From positions 1,203,544 through 1,254,487 of the forward strand of contig NW_008246068.1 of assembly GCF_000281045.1 (NCBI RefSeq): 50,944 nt of DNA, in the 5' to 3' direction. Source of the stretch: Saprolegnia diclina VS20. Lineage: Eukaryota. Below the pieces are notes generated by a model. It was not told the DNA's origin, made no database searches, and saw only the letters and a program-made list of their open reading frames with translations. Position 1 is the stretch's first letter. Each line of letters opens with the position of its first letter. Position numbers and translations under genes: made by a program. Shown one piece after another: positions 48,135-50,944 of this stretch.

Positions 48135-49782
48135 ATGGCAATGTACGACGTCGACCTACGCGGCTGCAGGAGGCTCATCTCTGCGTAGCCTCTGCTGCAT
48201 GTGCGGCATCTCGATCGAGCCCAACCTCGCCAACATGTGCGTGGCCTGCCTCTCGAACGAGGTCGACATCACCGACGGTATCACGAAGGAAGGCGTCTTG
48301 ATCCAGTGCCGTGGCTGCCTCCGCTTCCAGCGCGGCGCCAAGGGCAACGACGGCGCGTTCGCCGAGTGTCCGCTCGAGTCGCTTGAGCTCATGACGCTGT
48401 GCCTCAAGAAGGTCCAGGGTCTCGGCCGCGACGTCAAGCTCATGGACGCCAGCTTCATCTGGACCGAGCCCCACAGCAAGCGCATCAAGCTCAAGCTCAC
48501 GATCCGCAAGGAGGTACCGTCTCTCTCGTTGGCTACGACACGATCGCATCTACCGGCGTAGGCCATGCGCAATGCACTGCTGCAAAAGTCATTTGTCGTA
48601 ACCTTTGTCGTCGAGAACCTCAAGTGCGCCGACTGCTCCAAGCAGTACCGCAACAACACGTGGCAAGCGCTCGTGCAGATCCGCCAAAAGGTCCACCACA
48701 AACGCACGTTCCTCCACCTCGAGCAAATCATCCTCAAGCACCAAGCGCACACGCGGAGCATTGGCATGGCGTCCGAGAAGGATGGCATGGACTTCTTTTT
48801 TGGCGAAAAAAACTCGGCCGAGCGCTTTGCGTCGTTCTTGAGTCAGCACGTGCCGCTTCGGTACGTTCCTATGGACGCACCGTATGCTCATCGCCTGCAG
48901 GACCAAGATCGCCCGCAAGCTCGTCTCGACCGACAACCACAGCAACACGGCCAACGTCAAGCTCACGATCGTCGCCGAGATCGCGCCGCTCTGCAAGGAC
49001 GACCTCGTGATCCTCGAGAAGCGCATGGCGCAGCAGTGTGGCATGTCGGTCGCCGTCGTCTCGCGCGTCACGACCCAGATCCACCTACTCGACCCGCGCA
49101 CGTGTCGCCGGTACCTAAATTTTGCCTATTTTCCGAGGATTTTCACCCAATTTTCCATGGTATTAGGTCGGAGGTCACCTCGGACAAGTACTGGAAGCAC
49201 CCGTTCCAAGCGCTCGACACGGGCGCGTCGATGGTCGAGTTTATCGTGTTGGACGTCGAGCCGCTGGATGCGGCCCCGAAGGAGACTCAGGACAGCGCCG
49301 ACCTGCTCGCGGTGATTGAAGTCGCGCGCGTCTCGGACTTTGGATTCAACGACACGACGTTCCACGTGACGAGCCACCTCGGGCGGTACCTCTCGGCTGG
49401 CGACACGGTCAAGGGCTATGACCTCGGTATCTGCAACTTTGGGTCGTCGCAGTTGTACCACCTCAAGGACGAGCTGCCGGACATCATCCTTGTCCGCCGC
49501 GTCTTCCCCAAGAAGGAAAAGGAAGGCAAGCGCCAAGAGCGCAAGAAGCTGCGCTGGCAAGCGAAAGCGAAGGCGAGTGCCAAGGACCGCGAGCGCGAAG
49601 AAGAGGAGTTTGAGGCCTTCATGGACGACTACGAGGAAGACCATGCTGGCGACGACGCCGTGGCGACGCCGCTCCTCGAAGTGTCGGACGCTGACGACGA
49701 GGACGAGGCCATCGACGCTGACGACGTGGCGTTCGAGGACGGCGAAGAAGGGCTTGCGGACGAGGCCAAAGTCGCTGCGTAA
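48135..49782 (+). CDS. NMD3: 60S ribosomal export adaptor NMD3, multi-exon
   Basis: MAI|LCCMCGISIEPNLANMCVACL...VDITDGI, ESLELMTLCLKK, DASFIWTEPHSKRIKLKLTI, CADC...WQALVQIRQKVHHKRTFLHLEQIILKH, EIAPLCKDDLV, SHLGRYLSAGDTVKGYDL. Confidence 0.96.
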
Positions 49783-49852
49783 GAAAAGAACGTTCCGAGA
49801 AATGGTAGCATGTATATGCAGCGAATCGCAGTTGGTTTGGACAATATTGGTA

Positions 49853-50944
49853 TTACCAGCCGTACTTGGCTTGGGTTTCGCGCTTGGACTTGAGCGCGAG
49901 CCCTTTTTTGTCCTGCAGATCGAATTCGCGCAGCTTGGCGTCGAACGTGAGCTGGTTGAGCTGATGGCGCTGCCGCTGGAGTCTACGCCCAAGATACGTG
50001 GCTGTCGCATAAGAAATGAGAGGTACCTCGAAGGGCGGTACGACGCAACGACGTAGCCATTCTCTGTCTCGGTGCCCGCCATTTCGGCGAGGACTTGGGC
50101 CTAACGCAGGACGAGTCGAGTCGCGTCCTCGAGGCAGTGGTGTAAGGCGTACTTCGCGATCGCTGGCAAAGACGGTCGAGCCATCGATTGGCGGCTTCCA
50201 CGCGCCTGGCGCGGCGGCTTGGACGTCAACGACCTATCCTTGGACGTGCAACGCTGCAGCAAAAAGAGGAGGTGGATGAACCTGTCCAGCGACCGCGTCA
50301 AACTTGCCTTGCTGGAGCATGCGCTCGAGTTGGCGTTCCTTGTTGCGCACGCGCTTGCTCTATGCGGATTAGCGTTCGGGAGGTGCACGATGGCGGTAGG
50401 CTAGTACCTGCACGTGCTCGGCGTCGTCGCCATCGTCTCCGTCGTCGTCCAGCGTCGGTACGTAGAGGTGGGAGGCGGCAGCGGCCTGCCCGACGGCGCT
50501 CGCCGAGGAGGCGTCGTGCTGCACCTACATCATACGTAGAGTCTTTCCGCGGCGTGTTGGAGCGGTCTGTACTGGCGGAAGCGGCTTTTTGACTTTCGGT
50601 GACGGCGGCGATGGCAGCGCGACCTTTGGGGCGGGGAGGAACCCGAGGAGCCCCGTCGTGTCGGGCGCCTCGCGCGCCACAGACCTCGGCGCAGCTTTGG
50701 CCTTCTTCTTTGCCGGGCCAGTGTGATGATCGTCGTCGTCCGAGTCGTCGCTGTTGAGAGCCCGACCGCTCTCCAAGAGCTTCTGCATCTCGGGCGGCAA
50801 GAAGAGCACCGTTCGCTTCTTCTTGGCCTTGGGCTTGGCCGGCGCCACAGCGTGGGCTACAGGCTTGGCCACCGGCTTGACCGTCGGCGGAACCACCGGG
50901 ACAGCGACCGCCATCTCGTCGCTGCTGCTCGCGTCCGAGTCGGA
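49853..50944 (-). CDS. PRCC: PRCC (proline-rich mitotic checkpoint control factor)-like protein; 5' end lies outside the window
   Basis: GLLGFLPAPK, and C-terminal RQRHQLNQLTFDAKLREFDLQDKKG...KRETQAKYGW*, matching the PRCC C-terminal signature. Confidence 0.82.

Overview
This is gene-dense eukaryotic DNA with short (about 40-60 bp) GT...TAG introns and GC-rich codons, most consistent with an oomycete of the Saprolegniales (inferred, not verified). About 17 protein-coding genes are present, in this order: a cNMP-fold/anoctamin/C2 fusion; two head-to-head P4-ATPase flippase paralogues; an RNI-like LRR protein; DONSON; atlastin; a tandem pair of 77-aa membrane microproteins; TRMT11; an intronless orphan ORF; ZADH2/PTGR3 with PTS1; an intronless bacterial-type Asp/Glu-racemase-family gene; a >4000-aa coiled-coil plus acidic-repeat protein with an 11.8-kb exon; a CDKL kinase; an ENO4-like pseudo-enolase; NMD3; and a 5'-partial PRCC. 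The most notable signals are four. (1) A 1.1-kb TA-flanked element with 61-bp terminal inverted repeats carries an intact, non-transposase, possibly bacterial-derived gene (Pack-type element). (2) An anoctamin has lost 3 of 5 Ca2+-ligand acidic residues, carries cNMP-fold, Tudor-like and C2 modules, and sits next to two flippases. (3) The inverted flippase pair shows patchy gene conversion (near-identical introns) and reciprocal intron gain/loss. (4) The giant protein is built from recurring short linear motifs. No tRNA, rRNA or CRISPR array was recognised. Exon boundaries were read by eye, and family assignments come from motif recognition, not database searches.
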